This document shows, one piece after another, positions 49,064 through 58,859 of a stretch of 64,000 bases of DNA. The notes below the pieces were generated by a model that made no database searches, was not told the origin of the DNA, and saw nothing but the letters and a program-made list of their open reading frames with translations. Positions within the stretch are counted from its first letter, which is position 1. Every line of letters starts with the position of its first letter. Both the position numbers and the translations under genes were made by a program. The DNA is from an uncultured Thermoplasmata archaeon (lineage in GTDB: Archaea; Thermoplasmatota; Thermoplasmata; Halarchaeoplasmatales; Halarchaeoplasmataceae), in NCBI GenBank assembly GCA_964399335.1, contig CAYNQI010000001.1, positions 14,707 through 78,706 of the forward strand, in the 5' to 3' direction.

Positions 49064-50248
49064 ATGCCTCAGATGGATATCAAAAAAGTAGACGATAACC
49101 TTACTTTACTCGGCATCGATTATATCGGTGATGAGGGTGTTGAAGAACAAATATTTGATTTCATCGAAGAAAAAGAGCCAGATAAAATTGGCATAACCAT
49201 TTGTGAAACTAGATTTGAAACTTTAAAGGGTGATGAAAGTTGGAAAGAAAAACCGTTATTACCCACATATAAGAAAGGTAAGATTGGCCCCTTGATATAT
49301 CAGACGTTCGTCGATTCGATCAATGAAAACCTAAGAAGATTCAAGAATATTGAAGCGGAGGGGCATATAGCTAGGTTGGTTCCCTTCGTCGATAAATTAA
49401 ACACTGATATAGAATTCGTTGATAGGGATATTGCACTTACCCTAGGAACCGCTTATCAAAATATGTCTATTTTAGAAAAATTAAAGATGATAAAATATCT
49501 AAAATCTACCATGCTAAGTTTTTCTGGTAAAAAAAAGAGTGACTCAGTTGATAATATTAAACATCATGATGATATCGTTGAAGGGGTTTTAGACAAGTTA
49601 GAAATGTTCGCACCTTCGGTAGTTAGAAAGGCAAGAAGAGAAAGAGTTGAGTATATAGCAAAAAAATTGTACGGGTTCAGTAATAAAGGTACCGTTGTTG
49701 CTGTAATACCTAAAAGTAAGATATATGACATTTTTAAGGAAATTAATCGGTTAAAGATGGAAGAAAGATTCAAAGGTGAGAATTCAAGTGTAACACACTT
49801 AGAAAAGATAGGTAAGAAGGTTTACTCTAAAGTGATACGTTACGCTTCATCGATTTTCTTCATAGCCCTTGCGATATATCTATTCGTTTTTTCTGATGTT
49901 TTGAACATATGGAGAGCTTGGCTTTATTGGTTCTTGGCAGTGGGTGGGATGTCTGCATTGGGTTCCGCACTAGCTAAAGGCCATCCCTTTTCAATAATCA
50001 TATCATTTCTACTAGCTCCATTTATGTCTTTGACACTACATGGACCTGGATGGATCTCGGGTTATGTGGAATTGAAAGTAAGACAGCCGACGATGGCCGA
50101 TGTTAAAAGACTTACCAACAGTAAAAACGCCTCAGAATTTCTATCTAACAACGTTATTAAGGTGTTTCTAGTGGGAACTTTTTCCAACATATTCACATGG
50201 ATAGGCCTATTCGTCGTACTTCCTCTATTGATAAGGTTCGTAGGGTAG
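49064..50248 (+). CDS. TraB/PrgY/GumN-family protein with C-terminal membrane domain
   Basis: The N-terminal 'LTLLGIDYIGDEGVEEQIFDFIEEKEPDKIGITICETRFETL' parallels the TraB 'GTAHVS…PDVVAVELC' core. About 400 aa with C-terminal transmembrane helices. Confidence 0.55.
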   Translation: MPQMDIKKVDDNLTLLGIDYIGDEGVEEQIFDFIEEKEPDKIGITICETRFETLKGDESWKEKPLLPTYKKGKIGPLIYQTFVDSINENLRRFKNIEAEGHIARLVPFVDKLNTDIEFVDRDIALTLGTAYQNMSILEKLKMIKYLKSTMLSFSGKKKSDSVDNIKHHDDIVEGVLDKLEMFAPSVVRKARRERVEYIAKKLYGFSNKGTVVAVIPKSKIYDIFKEINRLKMEERFKGENSSVTHLEKIGKKVYSKVIRYASSIFFIALAIYLFVFSDVLNIWRAWLYWFLAVGGMSALGSALAKGHPFSIIISFLLAPFMSLTLHGPGWISGYVELKVRQPTMADVKRLTNSKNASEFLSNNVIKVFLVGTFSNIFTWIGLFVVLPLLIRFVG

Positions 50249-50291
50249 TGAAAAATAATATATCACACTCTATTCTTAATACCAGCATCAT

Positions 50292-51140
50292 ATGAAGAAC
50301 AAAGAATATATCAAACGTATCTTCGAGGGGGCACTAATGGGAATGGCAAATATAATCCCAGGTGTTTCCGGAGGTACCATGGCACTGATAACAGGTATAT
50401 ACGATAGATTGATACACTCTATCAACACCATCCCCATTGACGCACCTATGACACTTATAAAGGGTGATTTTCATAAGTTAAAGAAAAAACTTCAAAAGGT
50501 AGATTATCACTTTTTAATCCCTCTGATCATAGGAATACTGATAGGTTCTTTACTTCTAGCTAGAGTTATAGAGTTCATCCTCTATTCACATCCTGCAGTT
50601 ACTTACTCCTTCTTCTTTGGACTCATACTAGCTGGACTCGGTGTGATAAACAAATATATAGAGAATTTAGACATAGAGAACGTTTTCTGTGGATTTATAG
50701 GTTTCCTATTTGCATTTCTTATTGTTGGACTTCCAACATTGCAAACGGATCCTAGTCTTCCACTAGTTTTTATAATCGGAATTTTCGTTATCATCTCTAT
50801 GATCCTTCCTGGCATATCTGGTGCCTTCATACTCATCTTTTTAAAACAGTACGATTATATGCTGCATGCACTAAATGATCTTGATATTCCTGTGATAGTT
50901 ACTTTTCTAGCAGGTGGGACCGTTGGTCTATTTGGATTTTCAAGATTGCTAGATTTTTTATTGGAAAAACATAAATCCCTGATGATGTCATTTTTGTTTG
51001 GGTTGATGGTAGGGGGGTTACGTGCTCCTGGAAGTGAAGTGATAGCAATAGATCCTCCTCTCTACGAGATCATAATACCCGCAATGATCGGTGCATTTTT
51101 GGTCATTTTATTAGAATATAAATATGTACGCTCTGATTAG
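50292..51140 (+). CDS. DUF368-family membrane protein (putative polyprenyl-phosphate transporter)
   Basis: Duplicated 'PG(V/I)SG' re-entrant motifs (IPGVSGGTMALI and LPGISGAFILI) and ~8 transmembrane helices. Confidence 0.55.
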   Translation: MKNKEYIKRIFEGALMGMANIIPGVSGGTMALITGIYDRLIHSINTIPIDAPMTLIKGDFHKLKKKLQKVDYHFLIPLIIGILIGSLLLARVIEFILYSHPAVTYSFFFGLILAGLGVINKYIENLDIENVFCGFIGFLFAFLIVGLPTLQTDPSLPLVFIIGIFVIISMILPGISGAFILIFLKQYDYMLHALNDLDIPVIVTFLAGGTVGLFGFSRLLDFLLEKHKSLMMSFLFGLMVGGLRAPGSEVIAIDPPLYEIIIPAMIGAFLVILLEYKYVRSD

Positions 51141-51800
51141 TCAAATCTTTTTAAACCCCCGGCGGACATATCCGAATATTGCTCGTCTGATATAGAAGAA
51201 TGTTTGCACATAAGTTCTATCCTTCCCTCCAGCATCTACTTTACCTTTCTTTATTTGAGTTACAACATCCTCCCACGTATCTATATCTTCAAATATCGTG
51301 TAAGCTTTGCCTACGGTTTTCAGTCTGTGTGCATCACTACCACCGATTATTGGAAGGTTCATCTTTTCTGCCGCTTTTCTAGCTTTCACATTTTTCGTAT
51401 GCCAGCTTCTTCCATTTATACCTTCTATGGCGGTCCATTTATTGGAAAAAAGTTTATCCTCGCCCATGCCTGACCAGTATCTATAAGGGTGAGGGGCTAC
51501 AGCTATACCGCCTTGATCTTCTATTTTGTCTATAGCCTCTGCGATAGTGGGATGTTTTCCGATCTCCTCCTGAATACCAATAGCTAGAACATGTCCCTCT
51601 CCTGTACTAACCTCGATCCCCGGGACTAAAATCAAAGGACTATCAATATCCTTAACACTTCTATAACCCTGTAACGTATTGTGGTCCATTATTGCTAAGC
51701 CGTCGAGACCAACATCTTCTGCCTTTTTCAATATTTCACCAGGCCTACCATTGGAGTCTCCGGAGTAAGTGGAATGTACGTGCAGATCTATCTTCATCAA
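51141..51800 (-). CDS. PHP-domain metal-dependent phosphoesterase
   Basis: 'IDLHVHSTYSGDS…MDHN' PHP histidine motifs. Confidence 0.8.
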   Translation of the reverse strand: MMKIDLHVHSTYSGDSNGRPGEILKKAEDVGLDGLAIMDHNTLQGYRSVKDIDSPLILVPGIEVSTGEGHVLAIGIQEEIGKHPTIAEAIDKIEDQGGIAVAPHPYRYWSGMGEDKLFSNKWTAIEGINGRSWHTKNVKARKAAEKMNLPIIGGSDAHRLKTVGKAYTIFEDIDTWEDVVTQIKKGKVDAGGKDRTYVQTFFYIRRAIFGYVRRGFKKI

Positions 51801-52369
51801 TATCCCTCAATATAATCTAATAATTTTTCAGCTAGTTCACATTCTTGATTCTCAAGATTTTTATATATCTTTTCCTTTAATTTCTTTTTGTACTCTCCTT
51901 CTGCAAGAGGGACTCTTGTAGCGTATACCATCGAATCTACTAAAGGATTTTCCCTTTGTATGTAATCTCCCTCACCAAATTTTTTAACGACTGAACCTAG
52001 AACTTTTGAAACTAAAGCGGTACCTAATTCATCTTCGACCTCATAATTTTGACGATCTGAAACTTCACAAAAATAAACTTTAGACGCGTCTATGGGGTAA
52101 TAAAAACCATCTTGGCATTTCATGGAATCTTCTCCGAGTTCATTATACCCCGGTTCATCAATTCCTTCTAGGGATGCTTTATAAAACATATATGGATCGT
52201 TCACCAAGGAAAAAGTGAACTTATGGTTTTCACGTAAATTTCTAGCAGTGTCTGATGGGTGATAAATGTTTATTTCGATTTGATTTTCCTCGATGTCAGC
52301 ACCTACAGCTGATGTATTTACATGACTATTCCATGTAACCAATATTCCTTCAAATATAGGCATATTCAA
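51797..52369 (-). CDS. DUF447-like (FMN-binding split-barrel-like) protein
   Basis: Size and hydrophobic pattern fit. Overlaps the PHP gene by 4 nt. Confidence 0.35.
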   Translation of the reverse strand: MNMPIFEGILVTWNSHVNTSAVGADIEENQIEINIYHPSDTARNLRENHKFTFSLVNDPYMFYKASLEGIDEPGYNELGEDSMKCQDGFYYPIDASKVYFCEVSDRQNYEVEDELGTALVSKVLGSVVKKFGEGDYIQRENPLVDSMVYATRVPLAEGEYKKKLKEKIYKNLENQECELAEKLLDYIEGY

Positions 52370-52372
52370 AAT

Positions 52373-52840
52373 TCACGCAACTTCCATACCCCTTTGCGGT
52401 TTCTTTTTCTTACCATTTTTTGGTACATTTACTTTTGGCATGGGTATAGGAGGAGGTAACTGCACCTCTCTAGCGATCAATACTGATTTAGGTATGCAAT
52501 TTTGTATGATCGCAGAATGGACCTGATTAGCTATTTCATTGGGCATCTCGTTTTTATCCCTCCACTTTGAGGCCAGGTCCGAAGGTGCATCTTTGATCAT
52601 CAATCTACCTTCCAACTCGATCCTTCCAATACTTTTGTAGTTAGCTGTGAATCGAAAATAAATATCGAATGAATCCTTTGTGATCTGCTTGATCTTTGTA
52701 ACCGAGCTATTGTGATCTATCCTAACATTTTTCTTCCTGTTTTGACTACTAGTGAAGCGCTCTGCATCGATTGATTTGATCTCAAACTTGGCAATAGACA
52801 TGATGTATAATATCCAATGGTGATTTAATAATCTTTCCAT
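52373..52840 (-). CDS. Hypothetical protein with Lys-rich C-terminal tail
   Basis: Start reassigned to an internal Met (MERLLNHHW). The track ORF 52373..53197 runs antisense through the Roadblock gene. The product has a β-rich middle and a 'KNGKKKKPQRG' tail. Confidence 0.4.
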   Translation of the reverse strand: MERLLNHHWILYIMSIAKFEIKSIDAERFTSSQNRKKNVRIDHNSSVTKIKQITKDSFDIYFRFTANYKSIGRIELEGRLMIKDAPSDLASKWRDKNEMPNEIANQVHSAIIQNCIPKSVLIAREVQLPPPIPMPKVNVPKNGKKKKPQRGMEVA

Positions 52841-52943
52841 TAGGAATTTTTTACTGGTTTTTGGTCCTATTTTTACTCGAATATGGGGAAAATCTTTATA
52901 ATCTTCCAACCTGATTGTTAGGTGACTTATCAGTCTAAAAGTC

Positions 52944-53309
52944 GTGGTTATTATGACACCGAATACAATAGAAAGTTTATTAGATAATATCAAGGAAAAT
53001 CTCGATGTGGATGAAGTAACTTTAATATCTAGAAGTGGAATGCATATCGGGGGGGATGTTCCAGAGAATGCACATCTGGAAACTTTTGTAGCTATGTCTG
53101 CAATATTATTAGGGTCCGCTGAAACAGCTACCTCAGAATTAAAAGAAGAGCTTTCACACGTTATAGTAGAACTTAAAGAATCACGTGTCCTAGTCATGAA
53201 TGATGGTCCTCAGGCTTTATTAGCAATCAAAATGCCTAAGAGTTCTGATATAGAAAAGGTTTTAAAGGGTTTAGAAGAGCCAATAGAAAAACTGAAAGAC
53301 CTTTTATAG
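52944..53309 (+). CDS. Roadblock/LC7 (MglB-like) domain protein
   Basis: 'VTLISRSGMHIGGD…FVAMSAILLGSAE…VLVMNDGPQALLAIKM' is the typical Roadblock pattern. Confidence 0.7.
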   Translation: MVIMTPNTIESLLDNIKENLDVDEVTLISRSGMHIGGDVPENAHLETFVAMSAILLGSAETATSELKEELSHVIVELKESRVLVMNDGPQALLAIKMPKSSDIEKVLKGLEEPIEKLKDLL

Positions 53310-53319
53310 AGGGGATACG

Positions 53320-54804
53320 ATGACTAAAGCTTTTATCAATTGTAAGGTGATACCATTAGCTGGACGTTCCGAAAAATTTCATGGATTTTCTGTTGAAGAT
53401 GGAAAAATTTGTTATATAAAGGATTACGATAAGATAATGAATGAGAGTGATGAGAAAATCAATCTGAAAGGAAGTACTGTTCTTCCTGGTTTCATCGACT
53501 CTCATGTACATTTACTTGAGATGGCCCTAAAAAAAAATTGGATCGATCTTTCAGATACTAACAGTTTTGAAGAAGCTAAGTATTATCTAGAAAAAAATAT
53601 CCAAGGTAAAGACAAAGGTGAATGGATCATAGCAGTAGATTTTGACGATAGTAAATGGAAAAAAGCAAGTTACCCCTCTAAAAAAGAACTAGACAAAATT
53701 AGCGAAGATCATCCTATAATATTGAAAAGGGTATGTGGGCATATAGCGGTCGTCAATTCTAGAGCTTTAGAAAAAATCGATGAGGATTGGAATAAAGTTA
53801 ACAGAGAAAATGGTTTACTAAAAGAAGAGGCCGTATGGAACTTAGATGAAGTTATCGATCTAGATATAGAAGAAAGAAAAGAGGCCATAAAAGAAGGTAT
53901 TAAAATCGCCCATGAACTCGGTGTTACTGGAATCCATGAGATAGTTGACAGAGACGGCTGGGAGGCCTACGCAGAGTTGGATGACGAGATTGATCTAGAC
54001 CTTAGAATACGATGTTATCTTCATTATGATGAAGTCGATGAATTAGAACCAGTTAATAAGAGTGAATTTCTATCTCTTAGAGGGATCAAAATATTTGCTG
54101 ATGGCTCTCTAGGAGGAAGAACTGCTGCTCTTAACGAGGAGTATAACGATGATCCAGATAATAAAGGTATGTTGATGCATCCTAAGGGAGAACTAGATGA
54201 TATCATCTCCATGGCGGAAAGCAAAGGTTTCCAATGCATGATCCATGCCATCGGAGACCGTGCTATAGATACTGTATTAGATGCTTATGATGATAGCGCT
54301 GAAAGGATAAAGGAGCTTCGTCATAGGATCGAACATGCAGAGATGCTTTGGGAAGGGAACATTAAAAGAGTTAGAGATATGGGGTTATCACTTTCCGTCC
54401 AACCTAATTTTGCTTACAATTGGTCCCAGCCTGGAGGTATGAATGAAAAAAGACTCGGGAGAGAGAGGTTGGAAAAGACAGATCCTCTTTGGAATATTCA
54501 GCGTGCTTTGGTAAAAATGGCCTTTGGTTCGGATAATATGCCAATGTCGCCTCTTTTTGGTGTTTACTCTGCAACAAACCATCCCTTGTTAGAACAGAGG
54601 ATATCCACATATAATGCACTGCAAAGCTATATCACAAACAGTGCATATATCGGTAGAGATGAAAAGGAGATCGGGGAATTGAAAGAAGGTAAAAAGGCTG
54701 ATTTTGTAGTGCTTTCAGAAGATCCTTTAGAAGCTGAAGATATAAATGATATAGAAGTTAAGATGACCGTAGTTAATGGTAAGATCGTTTTTGATAATTT
54801 ATGA
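53320..54804 (+). CDS. Amidohydrolase-3 family metal-dependent hydrolase
   Basis: 'LPGFIDSHVHLLE' metal-binding HxH. About 490 aa. Confidence 0.8.
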   Translation: MTKAFINCKVIPLAGRSEKFHGFSVEDGKICYIKDYDKIMNESDEKINLKGSTVLPGFIDSHVHLLEMALKKNWIDLSDTNSFEEAKYYLEKNIQGKDKGEWIIAVDFDDSKWKKASYPSKKELDKISEDHPIILKRVCGHIAVVNSRALEKIDEDWNKVNRENGLLKEEAVWNLDEVIDLDIEERKEAIKEGIKIAHELGVTGIHEIVDRDGWEAYAELDDEIDLDLRIRCYLHYDEVDELEPVNKSEFLSLRGIKIFADGSLGGRTAALNEEYNDDPDNKGMLMHPKGELDDIISMAESKGFQCMIHAIGDRAIDTVLDAYDDSAERIKELRHRIEHAEMLWEGNIKRVRDMGLSLSVQPNFAYNWSQPGGMNEKRLGRERLEKTDPLWNIQRALVKMAFGSDNMPMSPLFGVYSATNHPLLEQRISTYNALQSYITNSAYIGRDEKEIGELKEGKKADFVVLSEDPLEAEDINDIEVKMTVVNGKIVFDNL

Positions 54805-54847
54805 AGCAGAAATCGATTATATTAAATAACCGAAGTTTGTTTTAGGG

Positions 54848-55240
54848 ATGGTTGATAAAATGGCTGAGATAGATGAAGGATTAAAATACACCGATAATCA
54901 TGAATGGATCAAAATCGATGGTGACGAGATTACCTACGGTATAACAGATTATGCACAGGACGAACTGGGAGACATCGTATACGTGGAATTACCCATGGAA
55001 GGTGAAGAAGTAGAAAAAGGAGATGTGATCGGAGTCGTCGAATCTGTAAAAACTGTTTCTGATCTTTATGCCCCTGTTTCCGGAACGATATCGGCAGTTA
55101 ACTCCATGCTCGAAGGTGAACCAGAACAGATAAATGAAGACCCTTTCGGAGAGGGGTGGATAATCAAGATAGAGATAGATGATGAATCCGAATTAGATGA
55201 TCTAATCACTGCTGAAGAATACAAAAAAGAAACCGAATAA
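54848..55240 (+). CDS. gcvH: Glycine cleavage system H protein
   Basis: Lipoyl-lysine motif 'ESVKTVSDLYAPVSG'. Confidence 0.85.
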   Translation: MVDKMAEIDEGLKYTDNHEWIKIDGDEITYGITDYAQDELGDIVYVELPMEGEEVEKGDVIGVVESVKTVSDLYAPVSGTISAVNSMLEGEPEQINEDPFGEGWIIKIEIDDESELDDLITAEEYKKETE

Positions 55241-55282
55241 AAACTCTTTAAATACTTTTTTATTAAAAAATAAAAAAGGGGT

Positions 55283-56578
55283 TTAGTCGTATTTATCGAG
55301 GAAAGAGAACCTCTCGTGTGCCGGTAGACCTTCTTTGTAGCAGTAATGTATCTCCTGGAAGTCATTTCTGAACTCGATAACATCCTCTTTGACCTTTTTG
55401 GGGTCCTCTCCGTCTTTCACGATACGCTTGATGAATTCTGCGACTTCTTGCATGTGTTTTTCCTTCATGCCCAAACGGGTAAGTTCTTGGGCACCTAATC
55501 TGATACCACTGGGTTCCTGAGCACTGTTAACATCGTCCCAAGGCATAAGGTTCTTGTTAGCGATCATGTTGGCTTCTTCCATGGCTTCTACTAAAGTTTC
55601 TCCTCCACCTTCTTCCTGTACGTCAACTGCCAGTGTATGAGACTTTGTGAATCCTTTGTGCTCGCACATAACGTCCATGTCTCTTTCATAGAGTGCCTGA
55701 CCGAGGGCCTGAGCGTTCTTGATTATCTGTTTCGCATACTCTTTACCGAATTCTTGATGTTCTGCTAAAGATACTGCCAGGGCAGCCATGGTGTGAAGAT
55801 GATGATTTGATAGAACCCCTGGGAAGACACCATAGAACAATTTCTGTTTCATCTCTTCATCCCTTGGATTTGAAAGGAGTATACCTCGCTGTGGACCAGG
55901 TAGTGTTTTGTGGGTGCTTCCAGTCATGACCTCTACACCTTCTCTAAATGGATCTTGGAACTCCCCTCCAGCGATCAAACCGAGAACATGGGCGGCATCG
56001 TACCAAACGTAACATCCTACATCTTCTAAAGTTTCTTTGAGTTCTTTTAATGGTGGTGGGAACAAGTACACCGACCTACCGAATAATGCGATATCCGGCT
56101 TCTCTTTCTTTAGCAGTTTCTTTGTACCCTCGACATCTATATTCATCTCATCGACATTGAAAGGATATGTTTTAGGTTCCATACCTCTAAAACCAACTGA
56201 GCCGAATTTTGCACTGCTTATATGTGCTCCATCTGATACGTCCACCGAAGTGATACTCTTCCCGGGACCTCCCAAACCCATCAAAACAGCCTGATTTGCG
56301 TTGGTACCAGAGATCGGTCTGACATCCGCATAATCTACATCAAAAAGGTCTTTAGCAAGTTCCTGGGTTTTGATCTCAACTTTATCTACAAAGGTATTCC
56401 CTTGATAATACCTTCCACCAGGGGGGCCTTCTGCATATCGATCATGAAAATCACTGATCAGTAATTCTCTTGCCATCGGACTGATTATGTTCTCCGAGGC
56501 GATCATAGGTAACGATCTCTTGAACCATTCATGATGTTTATCGACCTGTTCATATATATAATCTGCATCTTGTTTCAT
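55283..56578 (-). CDS. glyA: Serine hydroxymethyltransferase
   Basis: PLP-lysine context 'TGSTHKTLPGPQRG'. Confidence 0.9.
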   Translation of the reverse strand: MKQDADYIYEQVDKHHEWFKRSLPMIASENIISPMARELLISDFHDRYAEGPPGGRYYQGNTFVDKVEIKTQELAKDLFDVDYADVRPISGTNANQAVLMGLGGPGKSITSVDVSDGAHISSAKFGSVGFRGMEPKTYPFNVDEMNIDVEGTKKLLKKEKPDIALFGRSVYLFPPPLKELKETLEDVGCYVWYDAAHVLGLIAGGEFQDPFREGVEVMTGSTHKTLPGPQRGILLSNPRDEEMKQKLFYGVFPGVLSNHHLHTMAALAVSLAEHQEFGKEYAKQIIKNAQALGQALYERDMDVMCEHKGFTKSHTLAVDVQEEGGGETLVEAMEEANMIANKNLMPWDDVNSAQEPSGIRLGAQELTRLGMKEKHMQEVAEFIKRIVKDGEDPKKVKEDVIEFRNDFQEIHYCYKEGLPAHERFSFLDKYD

Positions 56579-56690
56579 AGTTATACCTCAAGAGGTGATT
56601 GTCTTTTCAATATTAAACCATTTTGTTTAAGTAAATGTCGAATCAAGACAATTTTTTTATAGTTCGCGGAGCTTATTATAGTAAAGATAA

Positions 56691-57863
56691 TTGAAGGAGA
56701 TAACAATGGCGCGAGTAGAAGATTTTCAGGCAAAGGACGTGATGACCAAGAATTTTATAACTGCTAAACCCGATGATAAAGTCTCTGATGCCATCGGCCT
56801 TATGCGTAAACACGATGTGGCAGAGATACCTGTTGTCGATAATGAGGAGGTGGTAGGAATAGTTGCTGAAGATATGTTCGTTAAAAAAAGACATCTACCT
56901 TTTTCCACTAAACTAGCCCATATCATGACAAAACCACCTAATGTTGAACAGGGTGACAATATTATAGATGTCAGTGAGCTCTTATTATCGTCTGGATACA
57001 GGGGGATACCGGTCAAATCAAATAACGATATAGTGGGATTCGTTTCCCGGTCAGATATTATTGAAGTGATTCCAGAGATAGATGAGCTTAAAAAATCCAC
57101 TGTCGGAGAATACATGACCCCGTCTCCTACTACCATAAGAGAGCATGACAGTATTATTAAAGCTAAAAACATGATGGATAACCTAGATGAAAAAGTCATA
57201 CCGGTGACCGATGAACATGGGAGAATTTCAGGGATGATAGGTATAAAAGATATTATCAAAGAGAGTTCTCGACCGGTATCTAGACACGAAAAGGGTGAGA
57301 AAAGTGGGGAGAAGGATTCACCATATTCAGATATGGAGATCAGGAGTATGATGGTAACACCCCCAATTACTACGACACCAGGGGAAAGTATACATGATGC
57401 AGCTGAAAAGATGAGTAAAAATAACATATCCACATTAGTTGCTGTTGAAGACGAGGCTATCAAAGGTATACTTACTCAGATCGATCTGATAGAAACCATA
57501 GCTAGTTTTCGGGAATCTGATCAAGTATATGTCCAAATAACAGGCTTAGAAGAAGATCCCGATGTATACGACCAGATGTATCAGATGGTTCAAAAATATT
57601 TACAGAAGATCAACAGAGTGTTGAAACCTCTTGTATTGAACATCCATGTGGTGACCCATCAAACATCAGGCCATGAAAAGAAATTCAGTATTAGACTGAG
57701 ACTGAATACCGACCATGGTATGTTCTATGCAAAGAAATTCGATTGGAACATAATGAGAGCTTTGGATGAAGGTCTAAACAGTTTGCAGAAGAAAATTTAC
57801 CAGGACAAAGAAAAGAAATTAGATAAGTATAGGAAACACCCCAAATACAGGGAATCACGATAG
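56691..57863 (+). CDS. Four-CBS-domain protein fused to a C-terminal ribosome hibernation factor (HPF/RaiA/S30AE)-like domain
   Basis: Four CBS repeats (…DVAEIPVVD…, …GIPVK…, …VIPVTD…, …TLVAVED…). The C-terminal ~110 aa match the HPF pattern ('VYVQITG…', 'IHVVTHQT…FSIRLRL.TDHG.FYA…ALDE.LN.LQKKI'). Confidence 0.65.
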   Translation: MKEITMARVEDFQAKDVMTKNFITAKPDDKVSDAIGLMRKHDVAEIPVVDNEEVVGIVAEDMFVKKRHLPFSTKLAHIMTKPPNVEQGDNIIDVSELLLSSGYRGIPVKSNNDIVGFVSRSDIIEVIPEIDELKKSTVGEYMTPSPTTIREHDSIIKAKNMMDNLDEKVIPVTDEHGRISGMIGIKDIIKESSRPVSRHEKGEKSGEKDSPYSDMEIRSMMVTPPITTTPGESIHDAAEKMSKNNISTLVAVEDEAIKGILTQIDLIETIASFRESDQVYVQITGLEEDPDVYDQMYQMVQKYLQKINRVLKPLVLNIHVVTHQTSGHEKKFSIRLRLNTDHGMFYAKKFDWNIMRALDEGLNSLQKKIYQDKEKKLDKYRKHPKYRESR

Positions 57864-58859
57864 GCCCCAGTACTTCTTGAGAGTAGCTTTCGTTTCCAAA
57901 ATCTCTTCCCTTCCTTTTTGTTCCGTATCACTCACTTTTGTATATTCTAGTGAAACCTCTTTTCCACTTTCTGAAGCAACTATACCTGCAGCTATCTCTG
58001 AGAGGCATTCTAGGTGGTATCCGCCTTCGAGCATGTGTGATACAGAACCCTTACACAACTTTTTTGACAGGGCTGTGATCCTTTCAGCCATCCTGATATA
58101 ACATTGGCTGGAATATGTTAGACCCGTGAGTTTGTCTGCATAATGCCCATCAGTTCCAAAAGAAACGATTATAGTTTTAGGTTGGTACTGATTCAATATG
58201 GGTTTCATTATCTCGGTCCAAGCTAGATCTAAGGTGGAATCCCCACGTCCTGTTTTTAAGGGTATATTTATGTTGTACCCCTCGCCGGGCCCTTGACCAA
58301 CAGCTACAGCCTCACCGGTACCAGGGTAAATTCCATGATGATGTGCTGAGATATAAAGAACGTTAGGATCCGAGTAAAATATATCGCTAGTACCGTTCCC
58401 GTGATGAGCATCGAGGTCTATTATTGCAACCCTACCGGCGTTTACCTGATTTGCGGCGATGGCAGCGTTATTTAAGTAACAAAATCCTCCCCCATAATCC
58501 TTCCCAGCATGGTGACCTGGTGGCCTGAGAAGTGCTAAGGTCCTTTCACCACTTAATGCTTTTTTAATACCCTCTAAAGCTCCACCCGCTGCTAGCTTAG
58601 CTATCTCATAAGTATCTTCATCAAGGTAAGTGTCCCCACCATCGATATATTGCCCATAGCTACTTTTTAACATATCAAGATATCTAGGTGTGTGTGTTTT
58701 TTCTAAAATTTCTCTTTCCGCAGGTTCGGGTATCAAAACATCCTCGATCAGCTCTTCATCTTCCAGTCGAGTCAATATAGAATTAAGTCTATCTGGTGAT
58801 TCTGGATGGGTGCCAAATTGTTTATGATCCAAATATTTCGGATGGAATATTATGTCCAT
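57855..58859 (-). CDS. Histone deacetylase-superfamily protein (acetoin utilisation AcuC/acetylpolyamine amidohydrolase-like)
   Basis: 'IDLDAHHGNGT' zinc-binding motif. Confidence 0.85.
   Translation of the reverse strand: MDIIFHPKYLDHKQFGTHPESPDRLNSILTRLEDEELIEDVLIPEPAEREILEKTHTPRYLDMLKSSYGQYIDGGDTYLDEDTYEIAKLAAGGALEGIKKALSGERTLALLRPPGHHAGKDYGGGFCYLNNAAIAANQVNAGRVAIIDLDAHHGNGTSDIFYSDPNVLYISAHHHGIYPGTGEAVAVGQGPGEGYNINIPLKTGRGDSTLDLAWTEIMKPILNQYQPKTIIVSFGTDGHYADKLTGLTYSSQCYIRMAERITALSKKLCKGSVSHMLEGGYHLECLSEIAAGIVASESGKEVSLEYTKVSDTEQKGREEILETKATLKKYWGLS

Noticed and set aside
52373-53197. 274-aa minus-strand ORF
   Set aside because: Its N-terminal 119 residues run antisense through the well-supported Roadblock/LC7 gene (52944..53309). 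That stretch is low-complexity, rich in Ser, Thr and Ile. The true start was taken as the internal Met at 52840.
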